Positions 25,461-37,846 of a DNA stretch of 64,000 nt are shown here, in pieces. The notes under the pieces are model-generated. The model made no database searches. It was not told the DNA's origin and saw nothing but the letters and a program-made list of their open reading frames with translations. Position numbers and translations under genes: made by a program. Source of the DNA: Chiloscyllium plagiosum (Eukaryota); the NCBI RefSeq assembly GCF_004010195.1, contig NC_057749.1:21403376-21467375 (forward strand). Direction: 5' to 3'. How positions within the stretch are numbered: the first letter of the stretch is position 1; every line of letters starts with the position of its first letter.

Positions 25461-25763
25461 ACTCTGCTGTTCAAATTGCTGTATTGCTATTCTTCACCAT
25501 AAATTTTAAAATTAAATGACGACTTCAAATTGACACAGAACTCCACCACCCTCTGAGACTGCTTTATCTGAAAGATTACACACTGTGTTCACTGTCCCTG
25601 TGTAAAATCCAAGCCCGAATACCTCATTTAATAAAGCCATAGAAAATCCAACTTTTCTATCCTCACATAATAATTAAATCATTAATTGGACTGAAGTGTT
25701 TCAGTCGTTTTCTGGATCTGGTAAAACCAGTGCCCAAGTGAACAAGAATCAGCAGCTTCTTAC

Positions 25764-25773
25764 CGTCCCAGGT
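25764..25773 (-). pseudogene. Remnant (last 10 nt plus donor site) of exon 9 in copy A
   Basis: ACCTGGGACG|gtaagaagctg matches the end of copy B exon 9 (42660-42669) and its donor; the upstream part is replaced by a repeat arm. Confidence 0.9.
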
Positions 25774-26007
25774 AGATGTTAGAAATCTGAGTAACAACAG
25801 AAATTGCTGGAGAAACTCAGCAGGTCAGGCAGCATTTGTGGAGAGAGAAACAGAGTTAACGTTTCGACTTCTTTGGAAAAGTCTTCAGTGTTTGGAAGAA
25901 GAGTCTATTGGACTCGAAACGTTAACTCTGTTTCTCTCTCCACAAATGCTGCCTGACCTGCTGAGTTTCTCCAGCAATTTCTGTTGTTACTCAGATTTCT
26001 AACATCT
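25774..26007. repeat. Perfect 94-bp inverted repeat (46-bp loop), Penelope-derived palindromic element
   Basis: 25774-25867 is the exact reverse complement of 25914-26007. Confidence 0.92.
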
Positions 26008-26650
26008 GCAATATTTTGTTTTTAATGCTGATTTCCTGCTGACTTTTAGATAAAATGTTCCCCATCCAAATGGAAGATTTTCAAAACTGCTTCCGAAGTT
26101 TTGAACTTCTCATCACTGAAGCTGCATTGGATTTGAGAGCAGGATTGGAATCTGATGGAAATTAAAGACCGCTCCTTGGACAGTGGGAGCCTGACTGAGA
26201 CTTCACTCTGACAGACTCTCCCAGTGCTGGCTCCATGCACTGGCCACCACAAACAACTGTAACCCCCACCCTCTCTCTCTGCCCACACTACAGCATCAAT
26301 CCTGAGGTGGCTACACAGGGAGTGTTGAGATTTTATCACACCCTCTTTCTCCATTCCCGAATGTTTCTGACACAGCTATCTCAAAGAAACCCTGTCTCCT
26401 TAACCGTGTAATGAGGCCCACACTGTGTGACCTGGAATGAGCCCGTGAATGGACTAATCTCCCTGGTGTCAATTGGGTAAACCGCACCTCACTGACACAC
26501 ATTCCACCCTGAGTGGCCTCTTGCTCAACTGGATTCTCAAGACATCTTGTCCCACAAGGGGGTTGCATTATTGTATTCACTGATCATTGTCCTGGCTGTT
26601 TGAGCTGGTACAAAATCCATTGTGAATTTTTTCATATCTTGCCGACTCAC

Positions 26651-26817
26651 CAGTTACTCTGAAAAATTCCGTAAACGCGGTCTCCATTCTGAGCAACAAA
26701 GACATCTTGAATCCTGTTGAAATGCAAGTTTTTGGATGGAACGTTACACAGCAGGCGAGCTTTCAGAAAGGTTGCCCATTTATTTTGCAGTTGGAATCGA
26801 GAGCCACCTCTGTCATT
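26651..26817 (-). CDS. SEMA7A: SEMA7A-like copy A exon 8 (NDRGGSRFQLQNKWATFLKARLLCNVPSKNLHFNRIQDVFVAQNGDRVYGIFQSNW)
   Basis: 167 bp, ccacag/gtgagt, phase 0/2, core Sema motif KW.TFLKA.L.C. Confidence 0.97.
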
Positions 26818-27765
26818 CTGTGGAGGAGAGAGATCACAGCCTGAAGTATTTCCCTCACACACGCAGCAAACCCACGAGAGCTGGAGTGGATCCATAATCT
26901 CCCACAGAGAGACCAGAACGTATGGTCCCAGGGACTGAGCTCCTGAGGGAAATGGCATGATAGAGACTGTTTCAAATATCTCGGAACATTGACTAGACGT
27001 CCTGCTCGGAATGAAATTGTGACTCGGGTTGGAATGGAAGGAGGTCAGCTCAAAATTATCGTTTTGTCGCTCCAAGTTCTGGTTTTTAAAGCTGACAGAA
27101 TTCTATAGCACAGAGGAATCTGGGTGCCCTGGTCCATGAATCACAAACTGTTAGTGTACAGACGCAGCAAGTGATTGGGGCAGCAAATAGATTGTTGGCA
27201 TTTATTGTAAAGGGAATGGAGTAAAATAGGAGGGACAATTTCCTGCAGCCTTCCAGACCTTGGTAAGACCATATCTAGAGTACTGTGTACAATTTTGGTC
27301 TCTTTCATTGAATCATAGCTTCCCAACAGTGTGGCAACAGGCCCAACAAGTCTACACCGAAGAGTATCCCACCCGGACCCATTCCCCTACACTATTATTC
27401 TACATTTATCCCTGACTAATACACCTTACCTACACATCTCTGAACACTATGGACAATTGAACAAGTTTTTTTATTTTCTGTTTTGTCTGTGTTCTCCCCA
27501 TAGTACTGGTAAAGGGTGCTGACAAATTTCAAAATTCAGACACTCTGTTCCTGTTATTGCTGCTTACAATATCAATGTCAGATAGGGCTGAACTACATAA
27601 CGATGTCTTAGCTCACATTATCATTTGATAAGTGTAATTGAAACAGACCTTACCTGACCAGCTCTGAAGCCAGTGGCTGCGTTTAATCTTAGGTCAAATC
27701 CAAACCTCCTGGCCTGTCACAGGCTGGTCATAAATGGAAAGGACATGTCTGTTGGACTCACCCAC

Positions 27766-27887
27766 CTTACACACACGGGCAACCCGTGATATCCAGGGGT
27801 CAACGTCCAGGTTTTCTGCCAAATTCCTTTCCCAGAAGAACATCAAAATGTGGTCACCCATTGGTGACATTCCCACAAAACTGGGAT
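27766..27887 (-). CDS. SEMA7A: SEMA7A-like copy A exon 7 (DPSFVGMSPMGDHILMFFWERNLAENLDVDPWISRVARVCK)
   Basis: 122 bp, gtttag/gtgggt, phase 1/0, P.FV...FF.E...SRVARVCK motif. Confidence 0.95.
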
Positions 27888-28405
27888 CTAAACAGGAGGG
27901 AGAAGGGAAGAAAGAGGAACATGGATCAATAATATCACAACATGAAGACTCGAGGGCACAGCCTGGTACAGCTCAGGGGAATGCGTCTTAAATTGGGAAC
28001 ACGAGACATGGGAAACTAAAGCTGATTAGACTCTACCTCGAGTTGTTCTGAATGAAAGGTTTGCATTTCTGTAGCAATATTTGTTTCCTTAGTCTATCCC
28101 AAAGCACTTTCTGGCAAATGTCAGAAGTCTAGTTACTGTTGTAGTATTGGAGACACAACAGACAATTTACTCAATGTCAGCTCCCACAAATACCAAAGGG
28201 ATAAATGATCAAATTGTGCTTTGCAATGTTGATGAAGAGATAAATATTCACCAAGACATGGGGGGAAAAATAAGTATCATTGGGTCGTTTATATCAATTA
28301 TGATCCCAAAGAAGACCACCAAATTTTGTTATAATCTGGTTACAGCCAGTAACTTCAATTTTGTTTTTAGTGGATGAAGTTTGAGGCCCACAACATATAA
28401 AACGA

Positions 28406-28623
28406 CAGGTATCCCCCACTTTGCAAATGTTCGCTTTACGCAGTTTCACTTTTACAAAAGACCTACATTAGTACCTGCTTTCACGAAGCCAAGGAGGATT
28501 TTTGCTTTTACGTGAAACGGTGATACTTTTTCCATGTAAATCACGCACCTTCGCTTTACGCCATTTCTGGCATACGAAAGGTTTCCTGGGAATGCTCTAC
28601 TTTCGGATAGTGGGGGCTACCTG
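28406..28623. mobile_element. Tigger/pogo-like MITE
   Basis: TIRs caggtatcccccact / agtgggggctacctg, TA at the right flank. Confidence 0.7.
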
Positions 28624-29974
28624 TATACAATTTATATTCTAGCACCCAATTTTAACACAGGACAACAAAGGACTGATAGACAAACTGTGGTCAAACACCC
28701 CACAAGAGCACTCCAAGTAGCAAATGCAGTCAAGATGGTTCCCATGGATATCTAAGCAATACCCTCCCTAAGATTGCGAGTAACCAAATCTCATTTGAAA
28801 CTTTGCCTCCTTTACAAGGGATTCTAAATCATCATGTCTGAGGACCTATCCTTGGAATTCCCATAAGAACCAGTCACTGAGCCACAGACTGCTCATGTCC
28901 TGCCTGTTGAATCTCTACTCCTGAGGTTGTGTTCTACTGGATTCCCAAGGTTGCACTTCAGCACGCATTCCTGGGCACAACTCCAGCTCTTTCACACTGA
29001 GACAGATAATCCAAACTGGCACTGCCCCTGGCTTCTCTGGGCTCCCATATTTACTGCACCAAGCAAACATTGCCTGCGGGCTTCCCTCACCCTGAACTCT
29101 CAGCTGCCTTGAAATATCAAAGGTTCCCATGGCTTATTCTGAGCTCAATCTCCCAGCCACCTTCTGTTGCTTCTCAGCTCCTCACAACTTCTACCAAGTC
29201 TGAGCTGCACGGAGACTCTGGCAATGGAGCCCTTGCTGAATGGAGCCTTTATTCTGATGTTGTGTGACCAGCAGTTGCAAGAAGTTTCAATAATTTCTGA
29301 CCAACACCCAGTTCAACTTCTCTGACTCTTGCTCCCCGACTAAAACTGTCCCTGACATGTGACCTGCTCTTGAGTGAATCTTGTACTGATCAGGGTGACT
29401 TATCAAAACTCTCCAGGAAAATCTCACCCACATTAGTAATGTTATGATCACAGACCAGATCACCAATATTATGTTGTGATCCCAGAGATCACGAAATTAT
29501 GTTATATTCTGTTTAGGGATCAGTTACCTTTATTTAATTAACAGCAAAAATCAGCATTCTTAACATGGAGTATTATTATTCTTAATGCATAGCCTGCCCC
29601 CGTTTCTGTCTCTTTCTCAAACTTACTCTGATGTTGGAACAGTTTTTCAGTGACTCTTGAACTCTTCTGGGTGATTTATTCGAAACCTTGTATAAACCCT
29701 GTTCCAGTCACAGGAAAGAACAGCATGTTGCCATTTCCCTCTACTGGAACTTAGTGTGTTCTGAAGGTAATGCTTCACACGGAAGTAACAGTCAGACCTT
29801 TGGGAAATGGGTTTCGTCACACGAGGCAGAAACAAATGGTTCAACCACTGGAACATCTTGTGGTGAAATGTAGCAATCCAACAAAACACAAACAGATATA
29901 AGCAAACCTGATTCGATCTAAGAGAGGCCGGCCAGAAGATGACACTTCTGACAGTACAGCAGTCTCTCAGTAAT

Positions 29975-30140
29975 GATGTGCAGGTCAGGTTGATTGGGTA
30001 ATTTAGCATGGCCATAAGTGTTAGGTGCATTAGTCAGAGGGAAATGGGTCTGGGTGGGTTACTCTTCGGAGGGTTGGTGTGGACTGGTTGGGCCGAAGGG
30101 CCTGTTTCCACACTGTAGGGAATCTAATCGAATCTAAATC
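29975..30140 (+). mobile_element. HE1-type SINE 3' half
   Basis: ggccgaagggcctgtttccacactgtagggaatctaatc tail. Confidence 0.75.
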
Positions 30141-30769
30141 TAATGCACTGTACTGCAGTGTCAACCTAGATTGTAAGCTCAAATCTCTAGGAGATGGCAA
30201 GAGTGTTTGACTTGTACCCCCACAGTGAAAATTAGGGGAGCCCTGATTACATTCCATACAATTTCTGGGTTTGGCACTCCATCTTTTTCTACATCCTCAT
30301 TGTCTCACACTTCCCATATGATTGTGAAAGCCTTCAACACTCTTTCCCTGATGAGTCCGTGCATATCCACCCTGCCACAGTTGGTGCAATTACTGAGTGT
30401 TCACTGCGAGTTTCTACCATGTCCAAAATTAAAACTATTGGGCAAGGTCAGAAAACATGTAGATCCTCGTGTGTGAAACTCTATCTTCTCTCCATCTCCC
30501 TAGGTCAGGTTGTTATCAGCATCCTATCACTTGAGGTTTTAGCTGTAGACTTCTGCAAAATAGAATTGGTTCACAGCTGCCAACATAGGAAAACCAAAAA
30601 ACTATTTCTCAGTACAAATGACTCACTGCTTACTCATTTTACAAACCAAGTTCAGTTGTTCTCACTTAGTGTAGACTGTGGTCTCTATGTTATTCTAATT
30701 TCCTCAAATTAACTACGTTACATTTGTCACTGTATTGTGCACAAACCTGACACACATAATCATAGCTCA

Positions 30770-32340
30770 ATAGGAGGTAGAAAGTGTTAAAATAGATAAG
30801 TCCCCTGGGATGGATCGGATTTATCCTAGGACTCACTGAGAAGCCAGGGAGGAGATTGCAGAGCCTTTGGCTTTGATCTTTATTGCGTCATTGTCTACAG
30901 GAATTGTGCCAGAAGACTGGAGGGTAGCAAATGTTGTCCCCTCGTTCAAGAAGGGGAGTAGAGACAACTCTAGAAATTATAGACCAGTGAGCCTTACTTT
31001 GGTTGTGGGTGAAGTGTTGGAAAAGTTTAGAAGAGATAGGATTTATAATCATCTAGAGAGGAATAAGTTGACTAGGGATAGTCAACACGGTTTTGTGAAG
31101 GGTAGGTCATGCCTCACAAATCTTATTGAGTTCTTTGAGATGGTGAACAAACAGGTGGATGAGGGTAAAGTGGTTGATGTGGTGTATATGGATTTCAGTT
31201 AGGCACTTGATAAGGTTCCCCATGGTAGGCTATTGCACAAAATACAGAGGCATGGGATTGAGGGTGATTTAACGGTTTGGATCAGACATTGGCTAGCTGA
31301 AAGAAGACAGAGGGTGGTGGTTGATGGGAAATGTTCATCCTGGAGTTCAGTTACGAGTGGTCTGTTTTGGGGCCACTGCTGTTTGTCATTTTTATAAATG
31401 ACCCAAATGAGGGCATAGAAGGATGGATTAGTAAATCTGCGGATGACAATAATCCATCACAACAATTTGTGGAGTTGTGGATAGTGCTGACGGATATTGC
31501 AGGTTACAGAGGGATATGTATAAGCTGCAGATCTGGGCTGAGAGGTGGCAAATGGAGTTTAATGCAGAAAAATGTAAGGTCATTCACTTTGGAAGGAACA
31601 AGAGGAATAAAAAGTATTGGGCTCATGGTAAGATTCTTGGTCATGTGGATGAGCAGAGAGATCTCTGTGTCCATGTGCATAAATCCCTGAAAGTTGCCAC
31701 CCAGTTTTATCGAGTTGTTAAGAAGGCATACTTTGTGTTAGCTTTTATTGGTAGGGGGATTGAATTTCGGAGCCACGAGGTCATGCTGCAGCTGTACAAA
31801 ACTCTGCTTGGGAGTATAGTATTGTGTACAGTTCTGGTCACCGCATTATAGGAAGGGTGTGGAAGCTTTGGAAAGGGTTCAGAGCAGATTTACTAGGATG
31901 TTGCCTTGGTATGGAGGGAAGGAGTTATGAGGAAAGGTTGAGGGACTTGAGGCTGTTTTCATTAGAGAGAAGAAGGTTGAGAGGTGACTTAATTGAGACA
32001 TACAAGATAATTTAGAGGGTTAGATAGGGTAGACAGGGAGAGCCTTTTCCCTCAGATGGTGATGGCTAGTACGAGGGGACATAGCTTTAAAGTGAGGAGT
32101 GACAGATATAGGACAAATGACAGAAGTTGTTTCTTTACTCAGAGTAGGAGGGGTGTGGAACGCACTGCCTGCAACATGTAGTGGACTCGCAACTTTAAAG
32201 GCATTTAATTGGTCTTTGGATAAACAGATGGATGAAAATGGACTAGTGGAGGACAGATCGGCTTCAGATTGGTTCCACACTTCGGTGCAATATCAAGGAC
32301 TGAAGGGCCTGTACTGCGCTGTAATGTTCTATGTTCTATT
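30770..32340 (+). mobile_element. CR1 LINE, 5'-truncated RT region with frameshifts (intron 6)
   Basis: NYRPVSLT...VYMDFS, SVLGPLLFVIFIND, WQMEFNAEKC; ttctatg tail. Confidence 0.93.
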
Positions 32341-33526
32341 AATATTTATCCACTGAAACACCCCATCAGTTATTAATAATTAGTCGACCAGAGAGCATGG
32401 ATCCTTGACCTTGTGGTTCCAAATGTAGGACGTAAGAATTCCCTCAGTATCACAAGCTAAACCATCTCAGGCAGCTCCTAGAATAGCTGCTTAAATTTGA
32501 CAAATCCAATTTGTAGCTATTAAAACTGACCATTAATACATATTCCTTTTCTGTTTCACTACCTCTTTTGACATTAGAATTCAATTTGCCTTCTGTTCGA
32601 GGCACCTTTCTTACCCCATATTCATAGAGATGTGCAGCATGGAAACAGACCCTTCGGTCAAACCCGGCCAGATATCCCAACCCAAACTAGTCCCACCTGC
32701 CAGTACCCGGCCCATATCCCGCCAAACCCTTCCTATTCATATACCCATTCAAATGCCTCTTAAAATGTCTGTTCCACTTTCCCCTCCCCCTTACTTTTCC
32801 TATATCATAAAACCCGTCAGCTTTCCAGATCCCTTCAATCCCAAAGAAGGGTCATACCAAACTATGTTTCTCATGCTACAAATGCTGCCAGACCTGCTGA
32901 GTTTCACCAACCCTTCCTGTTGCTGTTATAGCCAATAATTCAGTCACATGTAGGGCAGGGAAGTGTCTGATTAGTTGCTCTGGTCAGTGCCCTGGTTAAA
33001 GTTAATCATTTCAAGGGGGCTATTACCGATGGAGGGAGGTGCGGTCATGGGACGAGCAGAATCAGGAAAGCCCTCCTACCACTCTGGGTTTTACCAAGCA
33101 CATATTTATGCGGTCAAAGGGGAATAATGACCTCAATGTTCCATCTGTCTCAAAGCAGACTGTTGCCTTCAGTTAACAACAAAAAAAAGGAAGTAAGCAA
33201 ACATTGAGAGAATAAAACAGACATTTCCTTGTAGTTTAATATAAAGGCATTAGCTCACCATGACATGATCACCATGATAACATCACCAGCTTGGTCTCAC
33301 CATATTTCAGTGCTTAAATAAAGTATCAGGGTGACACTGAGTCACTGGGTTCAATCCCCAGTGGGCGCTGAGGGACATGATCTGAAATAACATGGGTGAT
33401 GGGGTGGGCAGGTGGTGGGGGAAGTGCAGGGGTTCAGTTGGATCAGTACCACTGCACAGGAAATGCCAGACAATTCCCAGGCCTTTATTTCCTCAGACGC
33501 CTGGTGCTTGATTAGTGAACCTCTGA

Positions 33527-33870
33527 CATAGAAACATAGAAAATAGGTGAAGGTGTAGGCCATTCGGCCCATCGAGCCTATACTACCATTCAATATGATC
33601 ACGGCCGATCATGTAATCTCGGTATCCCACTCCCTCTTTCTCCCTCTATCCCTTTAGCCACAAGGGCCATGCCCAGCCCCCTCTTGAATACGTCTAATAA
33701 ACTGGCCCCAACAGCTTCCTGTGGGAGTCAGTTCTACAGGTTCACAACTCCGAGTGAAGAAATTCTTCCTCATCTCAGTCCTGAATGGCTTACCCCTTAT
33801 TCTTAGACTGTGACTCATAGTTCTGGACTTCCCTAACATCAGGAATATCCTTTCCGCATCTAGCCTATCC
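33527..33870 (-). mobile_element. CR1 LINE 3' end (second subfamily)
   Basis: SHSLRIRGKPFRTEMRKNFFT; (tttctatg)n tail. Confidence 0.85.
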
Positions 33871-33874
33871 AGGA

Positions 33875-34608
33875 GAGGAAAATCACCAAAACAGTGTATC
33901 CAAAAAGAATGAGTACCCAATGAACACAGTCCACCAATTTCTCAGCATCAAACAAGCAGACAAAATATGTCCAGGAACCCTAGCCACTCTCCCCTACAGC
34001 AAAGATATCTTGGAAATGACTGTTAGATTACTCAGACTCCTTTGGCATCATGGTAACCCACAAACCCACCAACACACTAAAACAGCAGCAAACGAACTTG
34101 AAAGACCCTATACAGACAACAAGCAAAACTAATGTCATTTACAAAATACAATGTAAGGACTGTATCAAACGTTACATTGGACAAACAGGCAGAAAACTAG
34201 CCACCAGGATACATGAACATCAACTCGCTACAAGAAGACATGACCCTCTCTCACTCGTATCCTCACATACAGATAAGGAAGAGTACCACTTTGACTGGGA
34301 CAACACATCCATCCTAGGACAAGCCAAACAGTGACATGCACAGGAATTCTTAGGAGCATGGCATTCCAACCGGAACTCTATCAGCAAACACATCAAGTTG
34401 GATCCCATTTACCGCCCCCCTGAGAAAAAGAACAGGAAATGACATCACCACAGGAAATGGCATCACCAACCCAAGGAAACCTAAACACAAATAGAAAGCA
34501 GGTCGTGCCACCAGTGCTTCATCCGGAGGCTCACTGATGATGTTACCCAGTGTGGTGATGAAATGTCTGAAAACAAACCTTCCAGCTCAGCGAACAAACC
34601 TACATCCA
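33875..34608 (+). mobile_element. Penelope-like element 3' part (GIY-YIG) with hammerhead-like motif at 34531-34570
   Basis: ORF 34050-34334 NVIYKIQCKDC..RYIGQTGRKLATRIHEH; tca-CTGATGA-t-gttacc...ggtgat-GAAA-TGTC-tga. Confidence 0.88.
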
Positions 34609-34609
34609 T

Positions 34610-35520
34610 TACATGTCTCTTCTTTGGCTTTAACACCATCCCTGATTTCCCTCGTTTGACATAGTTGAGCCTTTTCCCTGTTTTACTCTTATGCCAGACA
34701 GGGGTGGACAATTGTTGAAATTCATCTATGCGTTCTTCAAATTTCTGCCATTGCCTATCCACCCCTTAAGTATTCTTGGCCAGCTGATCCTTGCCAATGC
34801 ATGCCTCTTACCATCAAAGCTATCTTTCTTTAAGTTTAGAATCTTGGTCTCAGATTTAATGCTGTCATTCTCCACCTTCATGACGAATTCTACCATATTA
34901 TGGTCATTCTTCCCCGTAGGATCTCTGACCACAAGGTTGCTAATTAGTCCTCTCTCATCACACAATACCCGGTCTGGGTTGGCCTGTTCTCTAGTTGGTT
35001 CTTTGACATCTAGTTGAGGGAACCATCCCTCATACATTTCAGGAAATCCTCCTCCATCGCATTGCTGCCAGTTTAGTTAGTCCAATCAATATGCAGATTG
35101 AAGTCACCCATAATAAGTGCTGTATCTTTACTGCACAAATCTCTAAGTTCCTGTTTGATGCCATCCCTAACCTCTCAACTACTGTTTGGTGATGTGTAGA
35201 CAACTCTTATTAACATTTTAGCCCTTTGGTGTTCAACAGCTTCACCCATATAGATTTCACACTGTCCAGGCTAATGACCTTCCTTCCTACTGTGTTAATC
35301 TCCTCCTTAACCGGCATTGCTACCCCATCTCCATTTCCTTTCCATCATTCTTTCCTGAACATAGAATACCTCTGGATGTTGAAATTCCATCCTTAGTCAT
35401 CCTGGAGCCAGGTCTCTGTGATCCCAAGTTCGTTATATCCATTAATAACTGCCTGCGCAGTTAATTCATCCACCTTATTACAAATGCCCCTCATATTGAT
35501 AATGCTCCTGAATCTAATTT
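34610..35520 (-). mobile_element. CR1 LINE APE-endonuclease region remnant
   Basis: GITETWL and EPTRE.A..D.V...DHNMVEF remnants in ORFs 35393-35782 and 34726-35037. Confidence 0.8.
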
Positions 35521-35664
35521 CACTGTTTCCATGAAAGACTGGGTCAGAAGGTGGGGAAACAGTCACAACCTTGTAGCAGTGACCCTGGGCAAGAGATAAA
35601 GGGCGATATATGCAGGTTGAGGCATTTACCAAGGTTGATGAAGATTGATTGTGTTTACACTTAC

Positions 35665-35775
35665 CTCTCATCCACTTGTCAACAGAAAGTAACCATGATG
35701 GACTCTGTTTCATAAACCTTCGAAGGTTCACATTTCCATTCTCAAATAAAGGGGCAGCTGAGTAGAGTTTTTCTC
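35665..35775 (-). CDS. SEMA7A: SEMA7A-like copy A exon 6 (GEKLYSAAPLFENGNVNLRRFMKQSPSWLLSVDKWMR)
   Basis: 111 bp, tgacag/gtaagt, phase 1/1, G..LYS motif; follows an 87-bp intron. Confidence 0.92.
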
Positions 35776-35862
35776 CTGTCATTGGAAGTCAAACACACAC
35801 ACACTCAGTGAGTAGGTCCCTGATCTCTGAACGACATGAGGGTCAATTGCAAGGGGACCCAC

Positions 35863-35965
35863 CTTCAACCAATGAGGTGAAGCCGTGTTTCGGACTGAAA
35901 GGACATACTCCTCGTCCAATCGGATGTCCTCCTCCATTAATGATTTCACTCAATGTGTCCTTAAT
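35863..35965 (-). CDS. SEMA7A: SEMA7A-like copy A exon 5 (IKDTLSEIINGGGHPIGRGVCPFSPKHGFTSLVE)
   Basis: 103 bp, ttacag/gtgggt, phase 0/1, GRG.CPF.P motif. Confidence 0.93.
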
Positions 35966-36066
35966 CTGTAAAATCGTTGCAGTTCATCAGCATTACTATT
36001 TTCTAAAATTAACAGGTTGATCACACATCATATCATGGCAAACAGTCATGCAGGAAGTAACTTTTA

Positions 36067-36338
36067 CAGTAGAACCTCAATTATCTGAATGAGGTAGGCA
36101 AGGAGCACTTTGTCCAGATAAGTGATCATTCAGATAATCGATCTGATCGTAAACAACTGGTAATTTATGAGTGCCAGCTACCGAACATTTCCTGGTTAAC
36201 TGGCAATACACACCATAATGCCATTTAACCGATAACTGAGTGCTGAGTTGCCTAATGCCGTTTTTACGGGACCTTGAGATCATGTTTGGATAATCCAAAA
36301 TTCAGATAATTGATGTTCAGATAATCAAGGTTGTACTG
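36067..36338. mobile_element. Tigger-like MITE
   Basis: TIRs cagtagaacctcaattatctgaa / ttcagataatcaaggttgtactg, left TA flank. Confidence 0.7.
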
Positions 36339-37148
36339 TGCATCAATAGAAAGAGTTGACAAGATGGTTAAAAAAACGCAATAAATATTTACCTTGTTTC
36401 CTCGAGCAATTCCTTAGAATATGGTTTCTTGCCTCAAAAAATATTTAATTGAAGTAAGTGTGCTCAGAAACAGTGCAGCTGCCAAAGCAGTTGAGTGATG
36501 GGCTTATCATGATTTAATTGCAGCCTTTGAGATAATGTTTTAAATGCACAGCTATATAAAAGGGAGTGTGGGAAATTAGTTTCCTTTAAAAGGAGGAATA
36601 TCATTTCCTCAGATTGATGTCAGAGTCCAGTGACATATTTCAATGGAGTTGATGTTATTAAAGTGCTGGTTTGTAAATGAATAAGATGGTAGCAAGGAAA
36701 TTATTTGGAATATTTTCTTCATTACTGGTTGCTGGATCTCCCTGAAAGTGCACAAATCCGAAATCCTGGAACTCCCTCCTTAGCAGCACTGTGGCTGTCC
36801 GTACACCACTGCAGTGGTTCAATCAGGCAGCAGCTCATCACCAGCATCTCCAGGGCAACTAGGGACGGACAAATAAATGCTGGCCCAGCCTTCGATGCCC
36901 ACATCCCATGGGGGGGTGTGGGAGGAGGCTGGGCGAGTGGGTTAACTTTGATTTGTGGAGAATCTCAGAATAGCCATCCAACAGGGGGGCTGTATGACAG
37001 GCAAGAGGTCTAATCTCACCCATAAATGCTATCACCCAGGCCAGTAGATTTCTGCTCCCCTCCATCTTGTCTCTCTTTGGCCAAAGCATTAAGGTGGAAG
37101 GCTGAGTTTGGACAAATAGACATTCAACGTCAGCCAAACTATACTTAC

Positions 37149-37247
37149 GAGTGACCAGCATTTTGGATTCCAGGCATTGGTCCCACACAGAAGAAGATGG
37201 GTTCTGTTGAATCTTTGCAGGACCATGATAACATTCTGACAGTACCC
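37149..37247 (-). CDS. SEMA7A: SEMA7A-like copy A exon 4 (GYCQNVIMVLQRFNRTHLLLCGTNAWNPKCWSL)
   Basis: 99 bp, cttcag/gtaagt, phase 0/0, hallmark CGTNA..P.C motif. Confidence 0.95.
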
Positions 37248-37846
37248 CTGAAGTTAAATGCAGACCATGAATATCGTCAAGGAAACAGCAAACTGAAGAA
37301 ACCCATTAAAGTGAATTTGTTTGGAATGTGTTCTGGCAGGCTACTATATAATGACGTGAAAAGTCTCAAACCAACTCACCACAACAAGCCCAACAAACTA
37401 GCTGAAAATTTCCAACCTAGCTATGGCCTAGGAATAGGCCGAGGCCTTTATTAAGGGTGGGGGCAGGGCCTCCTTCCAACAAGGTGAATGACCAAACCCC
37501 CAACTAACTCCTGGAAAAGATTCCAGACTGACCTGATGGGAAGGGCATCCAGGCCTCCAGGCCTGGCCCATGTGGGGTTGAAGTGGACATTTTTGAAAAG
37601 GAGTTGAAAGACAGAAGTCACAAAACCACCATCCCCACCCCTTGGATTACTGTTTACCAAGATAAATTCCCAGTGACACAGCTTCTCACTAGCAGAAGCT
37701 CCATTGGCTGGCCAGATATCCAATGAGGGTTCACTTGGAAGCTGATTGGCCATCAACAAGTAGGATATGGACAGCTGGGCTATTGTTTAATTATTGCGTT
37801 TCAACAAAGTGAAACAGGCATGAATGTTTTTCAGAGCGTAACTCAC

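Larger units (their letters stand above)
8900..26415. repeat. Left arm of inverted segmental duplication (partner 41820-63930)
   Basis: Reverse-complement matches: 25842-26349/41885-42392, exons 10-14, 15230-16300/52566-53625, 14230-15070/53700-55100 (diverged), 13520-13690/61340-61520 (diverged), 9735-10420/61935-62625, 8910-9330/62945-63925. Confidence 0.93.
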
